From a virus, in IMG/VR virus record IMGVR_UViG_3300043398_000057: a DNA stretch of 64,000 nucleotides. One strand, 5' to 3'. Of the stretch, positions 20,904 to 31,192 are shown in pieces (position 1 is the first letter of the stretch; each line of letters starts with the position of its first letter). The notes under the pieces were generated by a model. That model did not search any database, was not told where the DNA came from, and saw nothing but the letters and a program-made list of their open reading frames with translations. A program made the translations under genes and the position numbers.

Positions 20904-21524
20904 TTATTTGTAGTTTTTCAGCTACATTTCAAAAAGTTTCTTTCGATGATCAAGACCGTTCAGACCACCATTGATCTTCTTTGTCAACGCTTCAATGTTT
21001 GATGCCAGTGGCGTACAGTTTCGATCTTTCCAGAACCAGATTGCCGAATCGCAAGCACCCTCAATAGTCTTCAAGAATTCAATAGTTTCGTCAACGGTCT
21101 TACCGCGATACTTTGCGTAAGCCTGAACGTTGAACTTCCCGGTCTATTGAATGAAACCTCTACCAAGGTACTTTGAACCGTCACCAGAGGCTTCGTCACC
21201 ATTACCCATACGATTTGCATACACACGGTTTGCAATCTCTCTAGGCTTTCTGGCGTACTGTTTGGCCTAGCTTGGGGTGAAATACTTCCCAAAGGTCTTC
21301 AACAGACCTTCTTCCGAATAGTTAAGATTCTCGCTCATGTACATGAACCCACCGGACTCATGACCGACTTGCGCCTAAAAAGCACACATCACAGTTTTGT
21401 CATCAAGACCATTCAGAACAAGCAAAGGGTACATCGATGCCGAAACATCAATCAACCTTTGCTTGGGGATATCTGTAAAAACCGTGATCAACAGTTCTTC
21501 AAAAAGTTTTTGGTTCATACTCAT
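20904..21524 (-). CDS. endolysin, glycoside hydrolase family 19, four in-frame TAG codons (absent from the ORF track)
   Basis: Manual translation: AF*AQVGHESGGF..ENLNYS..ANRMGNG..SGDG.KY.GRGFIQ*TG..A.WFW..TKKINGG.NGL..R; TAGs at 21375, 21267, 21144, 20922. Confidence 0.9.
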
Positions 21525-21563
21525 TCCATCGAGTGTTAGATTTCTTACTTACTCGATGGAATG
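21522..21563 (-). promoter_or_regulatory. RBS-sequestering hairpin with internal late-promoter-like GTAAGTA upstream of the endolysin
   Basis: 13-bp perfect inverted repeat CATTCCATCGAGT/ACTCGATGGAATG covering GGA and the first ATG. Confidence 0.7.
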
Positions 21564-21567
21564 TATT

Positions 21568-21990
21568 TCACACTTCGGGGATGATGTAGCTTTCCAGAGG
21601 TTGTAGATTACCCTGAAAATCTTCAACAAAGTATGTTGATGTGCCAATATTCGATTTGGCATCACTTTCAGGACTCAAATCAATCCAACAAGTTGCTGAG
21701 GGTGATTCGGTGGATGTTCGAATGGCGTGCCACCCACATCGGCGCGAATTTGGTGGGCACACAACATAACCGCGAATTACTAGTTCGCATGGTGAGATAA
21801 ACCAAATAGCCATACCGGCTTCCAGAACTTTCGTTGGCTGTAGTTCGTTTTTCAGTCGAGCAAGTTCTTCTTCAGCGATCTTGATGCGTTGGTTAATATC
21901 ATCCTGCTTTTCCAAGCAAATTTTTTCGGAGTTCTTGAGTTTTGACAGAAACTCACGACCAGCCTCTGTTTGAGCATTGATGATAGTCAT
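21568..21990 (-). CDS. hypothetical protein, paralog of 22001-22432
   Basis: Coiled coil then IWF.S..V.RGY.V..PN..WH..R.S..EDF.G. Confidence 0.65.
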   Translation of the reverse strand: MTIINAQTEAGREFLSKLKNSEKICLEKQDDINQRIKIAEEELARLKNELQPTKVLEAGMAIWFISPCELVIRGYVVCPPNSRRCGWHAIRTSTESPSATCWIDLSPESDAKSNIGTSTYFVEDFQGNLQPLESYIIPEV

Positions 21991-22000
21991 ACAAATTCCT

Positions 22001-22432
22001 TCAATATGGGAGTGAACAAAGTTTGAACGGTGTAATATCACCCGAAAAATCTTCCAAGTAGTAATTTTCGGGGTATGCGTTGATATCTTTCAACAATACT
22101 GATGCACCATTACCATCGCCAAGCGAAGGACGAACACAATGCCAATCTGGCAAACAATCATTGGGCGCGGAAACGATATAACCACGAACAACATCAATCT
22201 GTTTAGATGCGAACCAAATCGTGTGCCCACATTGAATTACCGGACCACCGGCAATTTTAGAAGACTTCAGTTCTTCAAGTTGAGTCGTGAGTTGATCGAT
22301 TTGGGCTTGTAGATTTTCAATTTTCGCATCTCTCATAGCTTCATGAGTTTTGATCTTATCCATAGATGCAAAAAGGGATTTTCTGATATCCGACCATTCC
22401 CGAGAGTTTGACGAAATTTGTGACATATTCAT
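22001..22432 (-). CDS. hypothetical protein, paralog of 21568-21990
   Basis: Same motif series. Confidence 0.65.
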   Translation of the reverse strand: MNMSQISSNSREWSDIRKSLFASMDKIKTHEAMRDAKIENLQAQIDQLTTQLEELKSSKIAGGPVIQCGHTIWFASKQIDVVRGYIVSAPNDCLPDWHCVRPSLGDGNGASVLLKDINAYPENYYLEDFSGDITPFKLCSLPY

Positions 22433-22438
22433 GTTCCT

Positions 22439-22810
22439 TTATGTATTACCGTTAAGGGAAGTCTTGATGTAGTTTCGGGCAATGTTGATTGCCCGATATT
22501 GGTCGGGCATAAGTTCCGCCACACCTTGAATGGTATCCAACTCTTTGACCCACCATTGATCATTCGAGTATTTTTCAGGTTGATCAACTGGTTCCGAAAT
22601 TTCCGTAACGTTCCAAATCTTTTTATGAATATACCGATTGGCGTCGGACAAAGTGTAGTTCGTTTCAAACGAACCACCATCATCACACCATTTGACTTTC
22701 ACAGAACCATCAATGACGGATGCGCGATAGTACATGTACTTTTCATCATCGCAATAGAACTTGAACTTTACACCTTCACGCAGTTCAACATTTTGCAAGT
22801 TTTCGCTCAT
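22439..22810 (-). CDS. hypothetical protein
   Basis: 123-aa ORF with AGGA RBS. Confidence 0.55.
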   Translation of the reverse strand: MSENLQNVELREGVKFKFYCDDEKYMYYRASVIDGSVKVKWCDDGGSFETNYTLSDANRYIHKKIWNVTEISEPVDQPEKYSNDQWWVKELDTIQGVAELMPDQYRAINIARNYIKTSLNGNT

Positions 22811-22819
22811 GATCTTTCC

Positions 22820-23002
22820 TTAGCCAAGCATCACACAGTTGTCTTCGTCATCATTCCAACATGCTTCGCAGTAGTTGCATGTGCTGCAATAGCGACAACC
22901 ACAACCATTTTCACGATCACCACAGCTACAACAATTGTAGCCTTGATCAGAACAGGTTTCGCGATTTTGTTCGCGCTTCTGAAGTTTAGTGATAAAACCC
23001 AT
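22820..23002 (-). CDS. Cys-rich small protein
   Basis: 11 Cys in 60 aa (CCSC, CGC, CSTC, CEAC). Confidence 0.55.
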   Translation of the reverse strand: MGFITKLQKREQNRETCSDQGYNCCSCGDRENGCGCRYCSTCNYCEACWNDDEDNCVMLG

Positions 23003-23098
23003 CTCGTTCTCGCTTGATGTTTGACAATGGTTTGATTATTTCACCATATTGTCGGCTTGTCAATTGAAATAAACTATCGAAACCAAACTTTCAATAGT

Positions 23099-23575
23099 TC
23101 ACCAAGGTTTCAGGCGGAAATTCAACTCTTTTTTGTTGTACCAAGACTTGATCGGAACCGTTGCAACAGCAGTGCTACACATCTTTGAGGCGTTTTCAAC
23201 AAAGTGATCAACGTTCGGGTTCATCACAAAAATGTCGCCACGCTTGAAAGTCATCTTTTGTGTTCCAACGGTCAAATCGAACTTTCCGGCAAGAACAACA
23301 TGCAGAAACCCGGGTTTATTGGGTTTACCATTCACATAAACATCAGGCCAGAAATCGTTATGTTTGTCGATGTTGGTGAAACATGCCACACCATCTTCTC
23401 GACTACTGTTGTCAACACCAAAGATATCCATGATCTTCGTTGAAATCTCATGGTCAAAATCTTGACAGATTCCGTTTCGACGCAAATCGCGTCTATTCAA
23501 TGTTGACAACGCTTTACCGGCAATTCCGCGCGGAAGCGTCATCTCACCAATTTTTCGAAGGGTGTATTTCATCAC
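23099..23575 (-). CDS. cupin/2OG-Fe(II)-like protein
   Basis: HND..LHVVL.G..L.VG..GDIFVMNP..DH.V. Confidence 0.55.
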   Translation of the reverse strand: MMKYTLRKIGEMTLPRGIAGKALSTLNRRDLRRNGICQDFDHEISTKIMDIFGVDNSSREDGVACFTNIDKHNDFWPDVYVNGKPNKPGFLHVVLAGKFDLTVGTQKMTFKRGDIFVMNPNVDHFVENASKMCSTAVATVPIKSWYNKKELNFRLKPW

Positions 23576-23892
23576 TCAAGACCCAAAGCAACCCGTTCTT
23601 CTGTTGACAGCTTGTTCAGGGCTTCACGACGAATACGTTCGACCTTGATGGCTTCGGGATCATTCAGCGTCAGACCATAGGGACCGGAAAAATTTGCCAG
23701 AGGGAATGCCCGACCATCAATCAAGATGGCATCACACTTTTGAACATCACCCTTACCACCATACCAACCCTTACCATTCGCGAAAATGTCGGCATTGTAT
23801 TGGTCATCAAAGAGTCCAAGGAATTTTCCGCGACGACCATATCCAACGGTTTCGTAAACAGCGTAAACGGTAATGCGTTGGATATCAGACAT
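23572..23892 (-). CDS. hypothetical protein
   Basis: 106 aa with AL.KLS.EER.ALGL tail typical of phage proteins. Confidence 0.6.
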   Translation of the reverse strand: MSDIQRITVYAVYETVGYGRRGKFLGLFDDQYNADIFANGKGWYGGKGDVQKCDAILIDGRAFPLANFSGPYGLTLNDPEAIKVERIRREALNKLSTEERVALGLE

Positions 23893-24248
23893 TTTGTGTT
23901 CCTATGATGTAAAAGTTAAACGTTTCCGACTCGACCGGTTGCGACAAGATCCGCCATGTGCATGTAGCGAACTTGGAAATCCCAAACACCCTTTCCACAA
24001 TGCTACCATCAGATTGACGGTATCGCACACTGTAATTCCACTTGTCGTTGCAAATAGGCCATGGAAACACGCACATGATGTGAACTTTGTTTCCACTTGT
24101 GGAAAACCATTCTTGTCCCTCATGGAATGCGGGGGAATCATGCTTGTGAAACTTGACTTGCTTGGGCATGATTTTCCTTAGTTGATTTGTTGCGATGTAT
24201 GAATTATGTCCCTTCGGGACCATCTTGTCAATCACAAAGTTGTAACAG

Positions 24249-24641
24249 TTATTCGTATCGATAGACAAGTGACTGAGAGCAACACAAGTTCTGACCGGGA
24301 TTGAATGATGAAAATCCATCAACATCAACATATTCACTGTCAGACACCCAAACACCGTCATTAAAAGTTGGCTTTTCCCTGTACAGGTAAGAACGACCAG
24401 AATCATCATTTGCCAACCAATTGAAACGTCCGGCAACATGTTCCCAATTGATAGAAGGTTTCTGTGGCAGCTTCGGCTTCACACGGTAAACATTGTTCTT
24501 AAAGTCCCAAGTTGGGTTACTGTCAGGCATCCAGTCTACCGAACTATAAGAGGCATGAAGATGTGAATACTCGATTTCTTCACCACGCAAATGAGCGTTG
24601 ATGACTTCAATCATTTCATCGGCAGTGTTTCGTTCTTTCAT
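24249..24641 (-). CDS. hypothetical protein
   Basis: P.WDF...YRVKP and W.A.D.SG..Y.Y..KP phage motifs. Confidence 0.6.
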   Translation of the reverse strand: MKERNTADEMIEVINAHLRGEEIEYSHLHASYSSVDWMPDSNPTWDFKNNVYRVKPKLPQKPSINWEHVAGRFNWLANDDSGRSYLYREKPTFNDGVWVSDSEYVDVDGFSSFNPGQNLCCSQSLVYRYE

Positions 24642-24655
24642 TTGATTTTCTCCAA

Positions 24656-25051
24656 TCAGAAGGTCTTTTGAATGCTGGCATGAAAAACTGCACCACGGAC
24701 AGAACCCTCAGAAGTGACCTGAGGAATCACCGAAGTGCGCAGAACAAAAGTGTCTGCAATGTTGAACTTTACCGAAGGCACGATGAACGGAATCGCCGAA
24801 GAACCGCCGACATTGTAGCCGGTTGCGGCACCAAGCATCACATCATACCGACAGTTCTCGGTAATGTCGAAAACCTTACCAGCATAGACAGTTTGCTTGT
24901 CCAGACTGTTCTTGTAAGTGCCAACAACGTAACTGTTGTAAGCGACATACACGCCCGGGTTGACGTTGTTGAATTCAGAATTCTTGAAAGTGTGGTACGA
25001 ACCGATATGCATACCAACAGTGATAGCAGCGGCAGAGCAGAGAGACAACAT
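24656..25051 (-). CDS. putative small outer-membrane beta-barrel protein (PagP-like)
   Basis: SYH..FNN.NPG.Y..G.YKNS..T.YAG..G.ATGY, terminal Phe. Confidence 0.5.
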   Translation of the reverse strand: MLSLCSAAAITVGMHIGSYHTFKNSEFNNVNPGVYVAYNSYVVGTYKNSLDKQTVYAGKVFDITENCRYDVMLGAATGYNVGGSSAIPFIVPSVKFNIADTFVLRTSVIPQVTSEGSVRGAVFHASIQKTF

Positions 25052-25134
25052 GATGTAGATTCCTTGGAAAGTTGTGTTTCAGTGCTTGCAGTTTATGATA
25101 GTTCTGAGAACCTGTCAAGCACTTTCTCAAACAT

Positions 25135-25446
25135 TTACGAAAAATGTCGCAGCAAAGTTTCCATCTTTGCCGTGATGTTCACAACACCAACCGGATTTTG
25201 CGAGTGAACATAGTAGTCAAACGCTTCAGGAAATGTGATTTCCCGGTCAATCAGTTGTTCTTCCATCCAACGCAAAACCTTCATGGAAGTGTCATCACCA
25301 CCAAGGTCATGGTCAAAAGAAATGTACTTCGGCATACCGAAGCCTTTGATGATGTTGATGGCGTCATAACTTGTTCGGGCAATTACCCACAGCTTTCCGT
25401 CACTTGGAGGGAAGCGTTCATCGTCAATGAAAAGATTGATTGGCAT
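25135..25446 (-). CDS. cyclic-phosphate-processing receiver-domain protein
   Basis: LFIDDER.P, ISFDHDLG, VHSQNPVG. Confidence 0.75.
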   Translation of the reverse strand: MPINLFIDDERFPPSDGKLWVIARTSYDAINIIKGFGMPKYISFDHDLGGDDTSMKVLRWMEEQLIDREITFPEAFDYYVHSQNPVGVVNITAKMETLLRHFS

Positions 25447-25972
25447 GATTTACTCAATAAAGGTTTTTGTGCATGATGGACATGCATAAAGGGTTCTGGT
25501 TTGTTTGGAGTAATTGTACAGGCTCGTTCTAGAAACTTCAAGTGGAAGTTCATAGAAATCGCCACATTCACCTTTAACATCTACAGGGTCATCATCGACC
25601 CATTCAGAACCATGTGCGTAACCGCAATGTGGGCATTTCATAGTTTCACCTATTGTTAATTCGGAACATCAATGTTGGTTTTGACTTTGTACATGCGAAA
25701 AGTCAGACCATGCTTGGCGTAGTTTTCGAGGAAGTATTCACCAGCGTAATATGCTTCATAGCTATCAAACTGGTGATAAATTCCGTCCAAACCCGTTGCA
25801 CCGATGCAAATCTTGTCGCTCGATTCGTTACAAACAATCCGAGACAGAACTTCGGGTTTAGTTTTTTCCTTACCGGGTTCTTCGGCATCATTCCAGTCTT
25901 CGTAAACCGATTCACCGAAAAGTTCACAGACCCAAAATTCGATTTCTGCCTTGTTTTGCATGATGCGCCCGT

Positions 25973-26374
25973 TCAAGTTTGCTTCGACAGATTGTAGCCG
26001 ACTTCTTCGCAACGTGTTGCACGCTCGTAAGCATCTTCGGCTTCAAACAGTTGTTGTTGTGCAACAGCGAAGTTCTTTTGTGCGGTCTTCAGGGTCTGAA
26101 AAATTTCTTCAAACGATTGTTCGACTTTGGTGGCAGGTTCTTCAACCTGTTGCTCCCGCATCATCGAGTAGATTCCGAGAATAGATTCGGTTTTCGCGGA
26201 AATGTGAGATAGGTCATCACCATCCGACCAGTTGCCACGAAAAACAACTTCACTACCTTCAGATACGATGGATGTTACATCCAAAGTAATCGGACCAGTA
26301 CCAAAATCGTACAACACACGGTCACCGACACAGACCGTTCCAATTGGGGTTTGATATTCAGAGAATTTTTCCAT
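25973..26374 (-). CDS. hypothetical protein, paralog of 26358-26717
   Basis: TP.GTV.VGD.V.Y.FG..GNWSDGDD.SHI shared. Confidence 0.65.
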   Translation of the reverse strand: MEKFSEYQTPIGTVCVGDRVLYDFGTGPITLDVTSIVSEGSEVVFRGNWSDGDDLSHISAKTESILGIYSMMREQQVEEPATKVEQSFEEIFQTLKTAQKNFAVAQQQLFEAEDAYERATRCEEVGYNLSKQT

Positions 26375-26717
26375 GATTGACCTTCAGTTCCCGACAGAGT
26401 TTCAGGAAAGTTGTTGAATTGATGCCAACATTGTCGCACGCATTTGCCAGTTCGTCAACAGTGAAAGAAACATTTTCTTGAACCTGTTGTGTACACCCGG
26501 GTCGAATAGCGACAATTTTTTCATTATCCGAACGAATGTGGGAAGTATCATCACCATCCGACCAGTTGCCCCACATACGGAAAAAATCTGGATTGATATC
26601 AGAAACTTCAATCCGTTTCACAACTAGGGTAATGTCATCAATACCAAAATTGTAAACCACACTGTCACCAACATGCACGGTACCAAGTGGGGTTTCACAG
26701 CTAGTAACTTCACTCAT
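26358..26717 (-). CDS. hypothetical protein, paralog of 25973-26374
   Basis: Same N-terminal domain. Confidence 0.65.
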   Translation of the reverse strand: MSEVTSCETPLGTVHVGDSVVYNFGIDDITLVVKRIEVSDINPDFFRMWGNWSDGDDTSHIRSDNEKIVAIRPGCTQQVQENVSFTVDELANACDNVGINSTTFLKLCRELKVNHGKIL

Positions 26718-27276
26718 TTTTCATTCTCCAGTCAAAATTTTCTTCTTCAACTCAACAACATAGTCGGCAGTCAAGTTGTAATACTTCGCCATGTAGGCGT
26801 TGCCATTGGAAAGTTCTTCCATTGCCTTGAATCTACAGTTGCCAATGTCATTTTGAATAATCGTCATGAGAAGCATAGCATCATCATTCGAAATTGTGAA
26901 AGTGAAAGTTACGGTACCGTCACCATTGTTCTTGTTCATTTTGCTGACTTTCGCAGAGTGACTTCGTAACCAGCTTTGGTCAAGAATTCCACACAAGATT
27001 CAACCGACATTTTGAGCGAAGACTTTGCTGAAGGTTCAGTATCTTCAATACACAGTTCTTCCGGAAGAAACCAACAATGTTCTTCAACACCATTGAAAAT
27101 CAGTTTCACATAAACGCTAGGATGTTCATAGTCCAACGCAACAACATCACAACGCGAACCATCATATTCTTCGCCGCCCCATTTTGACACACCATTGACA
27201 GGAAGATTGATACGAACTGTCATACCAATGGCAAAGTCGGAAACGGTATTTTGAGATTGGTGCTTCATGGTTAAAC

Positions 27277-27687
27277 TCACTTGTTTGTTGCAATGACGCT
27301 AGTGTACACCAAGTCGTATTCCTCAGCAAGCGATTCCATCAAATTTTCGAAAGTTCCTGCAACATCATTGTGTACAGATTCAAAATCGCGATTAAACAAC
27401 ACATCATCATGAATTTTTTGCAGACTCCGAAGTAAACCAAGTTGGGTAGAGTCGAAAAACTTCTCGAACGATTCTCTTCGAATCAGCCGAACATATGTGA
27501 TTTCGCCATTGTCAAGCGCATCCCAACTTGCAGCAGTTACATCATCGATGCAATGTCCAACAGCACACTTGGTACCGTTTTCACCACGGTATTGGCAACT
27601 TTCATTTGTTCCCGAAGGTGCATAGTTCTGTGCACGGATTCCGAACAGTGCCTTATCAAAGATTTCTTGATTGGACAGTTGAGTCAT
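27277..27687 (-). CDS. conserved phage hypothetical protein
   Basis: C.YR...G.KCAVG..I..L..LQ.IHD pattern. Confidence 0.65.
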   Translation of the reverse strand: MTQLSNQEIFDKALFGIRAQNYAPSGTNESCQYRGENGTKCAVGHCIDDVTAASWDALDNGEITYVRLIRRESFEKFFDSTQLGLLRSLQKIHDDVLFNRDFESVHNDVAGTFENLMESLAEEYDLVYTSVIATNK

Positions 27688-28023
27688 GTAGGTCTTTCAA
27701 TCTTGAGGGAAAGAGACATTCTTGCGAATGCGACGGTTCAGAGTGATGATCTTGCCAGCAATTTCCATTTCGGCGGCAATGTCGCCCTTGGCCTTTACTT
27801 CCAGTGCCTTACGAACCAGTTCCATCTTCTTTTCATGCAGCTTGACTTGATCGGAATCAACTTCGAATGCGAACTTCAGCGAAGCGTTGTACATGCGAAT
27901 GCGGGTGATAGTTGCGGTAGTCATGATGAACTCGTTTGAAAACTGTGTTGCGATGGAATGAATTATGGGGTATCAACATCATCATGTCAACACAGTTTTG
28001 AAAAATTTTTGAACTGTTACATT

Positions 28024-28470
28024 TCACCAACGCTTCACAACTCGCATTGATGTGATGCATTCTTTGCCACGTTCTTGCGCTTCAGGGTCATAGTTGAAAA
28101 CGATCTTGAACTTTCCGCTATGCTCAGACTTTTTAACAATCTGATAAGAGTCATCTCGCTTGATGATCCTGATAAGGTTCACATCAACTTCACCGTCAAG
28201 ACGCTCAATTGTGCTTTCAGTTTCATCATCGGCACGCGAATTTCTCGCGGCTTCATATCCACCCAATGCATAAGCATCAGAATACGCCTTGCGACTCTTT
28301 TCAAGTAGATCGGACATGAACAGACCTTCACCACATGAAAACTCGAAACCACAAGCGTATTCAACATCTTCTGGCGAACCGAAGAATTCGCAAGCCTCTT
28401 CAAAATCATCGGGGAAGCGAAAAGTGATTTGTCGTTTTGTCATGATGTTCTCAAGCAATTCCAATACCAA
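28024..28470 (-). CDS. hypothetical protein
   Basis: Acidic ORF of about 140 aa. Confidence 0.5.
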   Translation of the reverse strand: MVLELLENIMTKRQITFRFPDDFEEACEFFGSPEDVEYACGFEFSCGEGLFMSDLLEKSRKAYSDAYALGGYEAARNSRADDETESTIERLDGEVDVNLIRIIKRDDSYQIVKKSEHSGKFKIVFNYDPEAQERGKECITSMRVVKRW

Positions 28471-28958
28471 ACAACCACATGCAAAATTTCACAATCAAGA
28501 TGAAAACGATCAAAATGATGTGAGCGATGCAGATAGCGGGAATCTTGTGTTCTTCCTTACGTTCGGAAATAACCATTCCAAGTAGGATGAACCAAATGAG
28601 GAACAAACAAGTAACGGCGGCAGTAAAACCCATTATTGACATGATGAATCCTTAAAGTAGTGTTCAAGACCATTCAAGTTTGAAAAGGTAGCTGGCTCGC
28701 AGTGGAACCCAAAATTCTTGATCGATACGACTACAAACACTACCATTAGTAATTTCTTCTTCTCGAATGAATTCGACGCACTTCAGAACAGCGTAGGTGT
28801 CGTCACGATGGATAACTTCATAGACATTCCAGTTACCACAGTATTCAACTCGGTTGCCATACTTCAGTACGTCTTGCATGATGTTCACTTGAAAGTTGTG
28901 TTGCGATGGAATGAATTATGGCCCCGAAGGGCCATATTGTCAAGCGATTTTTGAACTG

Positions 28959-29753
28959 TTACACATTAAAGTGTTTGGCACCGAAGAAGTTAAACACTTG
29001 ATCAGATGTTTCACCCTTGTAGCCACGGGGGTTGCACCAAAACCATGTGTCATAAATCTTTTTGCTGATGGTATCATGCGTATGACCAAAAATCCAATGG
29101 TCAGGTGCTTGGCATGACATAAGACTGTCAAAAATGTCACAAGCGAAACCACCATTGATGCCGTAATCTGTATTGAACCTTTCTGAGATAAGTTGCCTTG
29201 TTGGTAGATGATGTGTGACAACAACAGTTTTCCCGGTATGGTGTGGCGTCGAAAGAAATGTCGAAATCCTAGATGCGAAGAATAAGTTAAGGTCTTTCAT
29301 GTCCCAAACCGAATAGTTCCGTCCATTGACGCGAATGTAACGGAAGTCAGACAAAGATTTTTGAACTCTGAACTGTTCCTCAAGCGTCTTACCACCATCA
29401 GCCCACAGAGTTGAGGTGATGAACCGAACACCATCATACACAAAGCATTCAACACTGGTAGAAACGTGAATGTTTTTGTTCAACGTTGCATTCTTCATGA
29501 ACTGTTGCCATTCGCCCATATCTGTGTGATAGAACTCATGGTTTCCCGGAACATACACAACAAATTTGAACTGACTGCAACACACGTTCAAAAATTCTTC
29601 AAGTTGGTCAACCCGACTTGAAATGTCACCAGCAAGAACCAAAACAGAATCGTGATCAACACTTTCAAAACCAATCATCAGGTCAAAAAGCCTTTCGGCT
29701 TTCGACCCATAAAAGGCTTCCAAGTGAAGATCACTGGCGTATCGAATTTTCAT
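28959..29753 (-). CDS. calcineurin-like metallophosphoesterase
   Basis: SDLHLE, LAGDI, GNHE, THH.P, GHTH, NPRGY. Confidence 0.9.
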   Translation of the reverse strand: MKIRYASDLHLEAFYGSKAERLFDLMIGFESVDHDSVLVLAGDISSRVDQLEEFLNVCCSQFKFVVYVPGNHEFYHTDMGEWQQFMKNATLNKNIHVSTSVECFVYDGVRFITSTLWADGGKTLEEQFRVQKSLSDFRYIRVNGRNYSVWDMKDLNLFFASRISTFLSTPHHTGKTVVVTHHLPTRQLISERFNTDYGINGGFACDIFDSLMSCQAPDHWIFGHTHDTISKKIYDTWFWCNPRGYKGETSDQVFNFFGAKHFNV

Positions 29754-29754
29754 T

Positions 29755-31128
29755 TCAGATGTTCTCGATTGCGTTGTTCTTGTGTTGCATGATTTCTTCA
29801 AAGGTGTTTGCAGTGTTCTTATCGGTGCGCAGTTCCTTGAAACGTGGCAGGAACAATGCCCACTGATCAGAGTCTTCCTGAGTCACCACATCGTTACATT
29901 CAACTTCGATGATTTTACCGATCATGCTATCACGTTCATCCGAAAACTTCTTGCGGTCAGCATCCTTGAATGCGGAAATACCGCACACAACCTTGCCGTC
30001 AGCAGATTCACCCAACACAGAACCGAACGTTGATGCGTTTTTACCGTAACCCTTGTTGAAACCAGTGATAACCATTTCAACACGGAAAGCCAGCTTGAAC
30101 TTTACCTGAGACTTGTTGTTACCGTCAAACCAGATTGCATCAGCAGACTTCACAACAGTGCCTTCAAAACCGGCTTTCGCGACTTCCTTGTAATGTTCAA
30201 TTGCTTCAGCCAGAGAATACACAATTCGATTGTCAATCACGCTGATACGACTGACCAAAGCATTCTTAACAATTTCGGTCAGTTGATCAAAACGTTCACG
30301 ATACGGAACTTCGTAACGACCCTTGGTAACCGCCTTTTCCAGAGGGATGCAATCCCACAGTTGAATGCGAACGTCATAACCTTCTTCGATATCACCACCC
30401 TTAGCCAGAGAATTCAGGATGCCGTTACCTTCCGAACGAGACAGCAACTCATTGTTCTTATAGACCAGCATTTCACCATGGTACTGAAAACCCTTCTTCA
30501 GATTGGCAACACTGTCAACCAAATTTTGAATCGAGGTGTTCGGGTAGCGGGTGCCATTACGGGTTACCAGCATGATTTTACCGTCAACGTAATGACTCAC
30601 ATTGACAAACGAACCATCGGCCTTGAATTGGCTGTAAACACCCTTCGACCAATCGAAATTCTTGATATCCGAATCCTTTGGTAAGGTGCAACGCATGTAT
30701 GGGAAATCAGGAATCAGATTGGGGCTTGCCTTCAAGATGGTGGACGACGCGAAACCCGCACGCAAATCCTTCAAAATGATCCGCGCCGCAACCGATGCAG
30801 ACTTTTCATCAAGCATCGCCATCAGCTTGGCAACACGTTCCTTGGCTTCGTTGCCACTGATAGAACGGTCGGAAAGACGGTCAAGGAACGTCCACACGCG
30901 CGAGTCTTCGCTGAAGGTTGTCACATTTTCGCCACGAACAGTTTCTTCCAAAATGGGTTCAACAGTGTCTTCCGACATGTAGAAAGAAACGGTCGGGTCA
31001 TATGCATATTGCAGAACCTTTGCAAACATCGGGTCATTGATGTGTTGCTTGACGATTGCTTCCTTTTCCTTGCGTGCGGAAGTTGCGGTAATCGTTTCCA
31101 GAATGTCAAAAACTTGGGTGGCGTTCAT
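29755..31128 (-). CDS. 30: ATP-dependent DNA ligase (gp30)
   Basis: QFKADG, HGE, EGTVVK, KFK, LFLPRF..R.DK. Confidence 0.9.
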   Translation of the reverse strand: MNATQVFDILETITATSARKEKEAIVKQHINDPMFAKVLQYAYDPTVSFYMSEDTVEPILEETVRGENVTTFSEDSRVWTFLDRLSDRSISGNEAKERVAKLMAMLDEKSASVAARIILKDLRAGFASSTILKASPNLIPDFPYMRCTLPKDSDIKNFDWSKGVYSQFKADGSFVNVSHYVDGKIMLVTRNGTRYPNTSIQNLVDSVANLKKGFQYHGEMLVYKNNELLSRSEGNGILNSLAKGGDIEEGYDVRIQLWDCIPLEKAVTKGRYEVPYRERFDQLTEIVKNALVSRISVIDNRIVYSLAEAIEHYKEVAKAGFEGTVVKSADAIWFDGNNKSQVKFKLAFRVEMVITGFNKGYGKNASTFGSVLGESADGKVVCGISAFKDADRKKFSDERDSMIGKIIEVECNDVVTQEDSDQWALFLPRFKELRTDKNTANTFEEIMQHKNNAIENI

Positions 31129-31192
31129 GAGTGTCCTCAAAGTTGTAGATGCATCACTGTACCACAACCACCACCCAAGTTTTTGTTAGGGT

